Origin: Antedon mediterranea
Lineage: Eukaryota; Animalia; Echinodermata
Direction of reading: 5' to 3'
DNA: 64,000 nucleotides
NCBI RefSeq assembly: GCF_964355755.1
Contig: NC_092672.1
Coordinates: forward strand, 37,640,437 to 37,704,436
Below, piece after piece: positions 63,680-64,000 of this stretch. Every line of letters starts with the position of its first letter. Positions within the stretch are counted from its first letter, which is position 1. The position numbers and the translations under genes were made by a program. The notes under the pieces are model-generated. The model made no database searches. It saw nothing but the letters and a program-made list of their open reading frames with translations, and was not told the DNA's origin.

Positions 63680-64000
63680 GCTTGGAGGTTTGGGTGCTAG
63701 CTTGGAGGTTTGGGTGTTAGCTAGGTTTGGGTGTTAGCTAGGTTTGGGTGCTACAGTAGCTAGGTTTGGGTGCTAGCTAGGTTTGGGTGCTAGCTTGGTG
63801 TTTGGGTGCTAGCTTGGTGTTTGGGTGCTAGCTAGGTTTGGGTGCTAGCTTGGTGTTTGGGTGCTAGCTTGGTGTTTGGGTGCTAGCTTGGTGTTTGGGT
63901 GCTAGCTTGGTGTTTGGGTGCTAGCTTGGTGTTTGGGTGCTAGCTTGGTGTTTGGGTGCTAGCTAGGTTTGGGTGCTAGCTTGGTGTTTGGGTGCTAGCT
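63680..64000. repeat. 15-19-bp GT-rich tandem repeat (gctagcttggtgtttgggt)
   Basis: Runs to the window edge. Confidence 0.95.

Noticed and set aside
63680-64000. Telomeric repeat
   Set aside because: Unit is 15-19 bp, not TTAGGG, and lies inside an SPT6 intron.

Overview
AT-rich, intron-rich animal genomic DNA, probably a marine invertebrate (the Deu/Nin-type SINEs fit a deuterostome such as an echinoderm; this is inference). Four host genes lie in tandem on the minus strand: (1) SRCAP/domino SWR1-type ATPase (start codon 24968, runs off the left edge); (2) an uncharacterised ~1113-aa Lys/Glu-rich repeat protein; (3) a double-BTB/BACK/Kelch-like gene; (4) SPT6/SUPT6H (5' end beyond the right edge). 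The main hidden signal is an array of intronic box H/ACA snoRNAs in SRCAP/domino. Eight near-identical copies, one per intron, of a dual guide whose pockets fit the 28S peptidyl-transferase-centre uridines equivalent to yeast U2944 and U2975. Four copies of a second dual guide fitting 18S U815 (human numbering) and the U equivalent to human U1681, which I do not know as a pseudouridine in human or yeast. Two further single-copy H/ACA candidates. Introns also carry nested mobile DNA: an intron-containing hAT element with a 6-bp TSD inside a 9-bp-TSD MITE, RTE and L2 LINE fragments in a large inverted repeat, several MITEs (one splits a snoRNA copy), SINEs and many minisatellites. All exon boundaries and guide-target pairings were read by eye, using rRNA sequence recalled for conserved regions; nothing was computed or searched.
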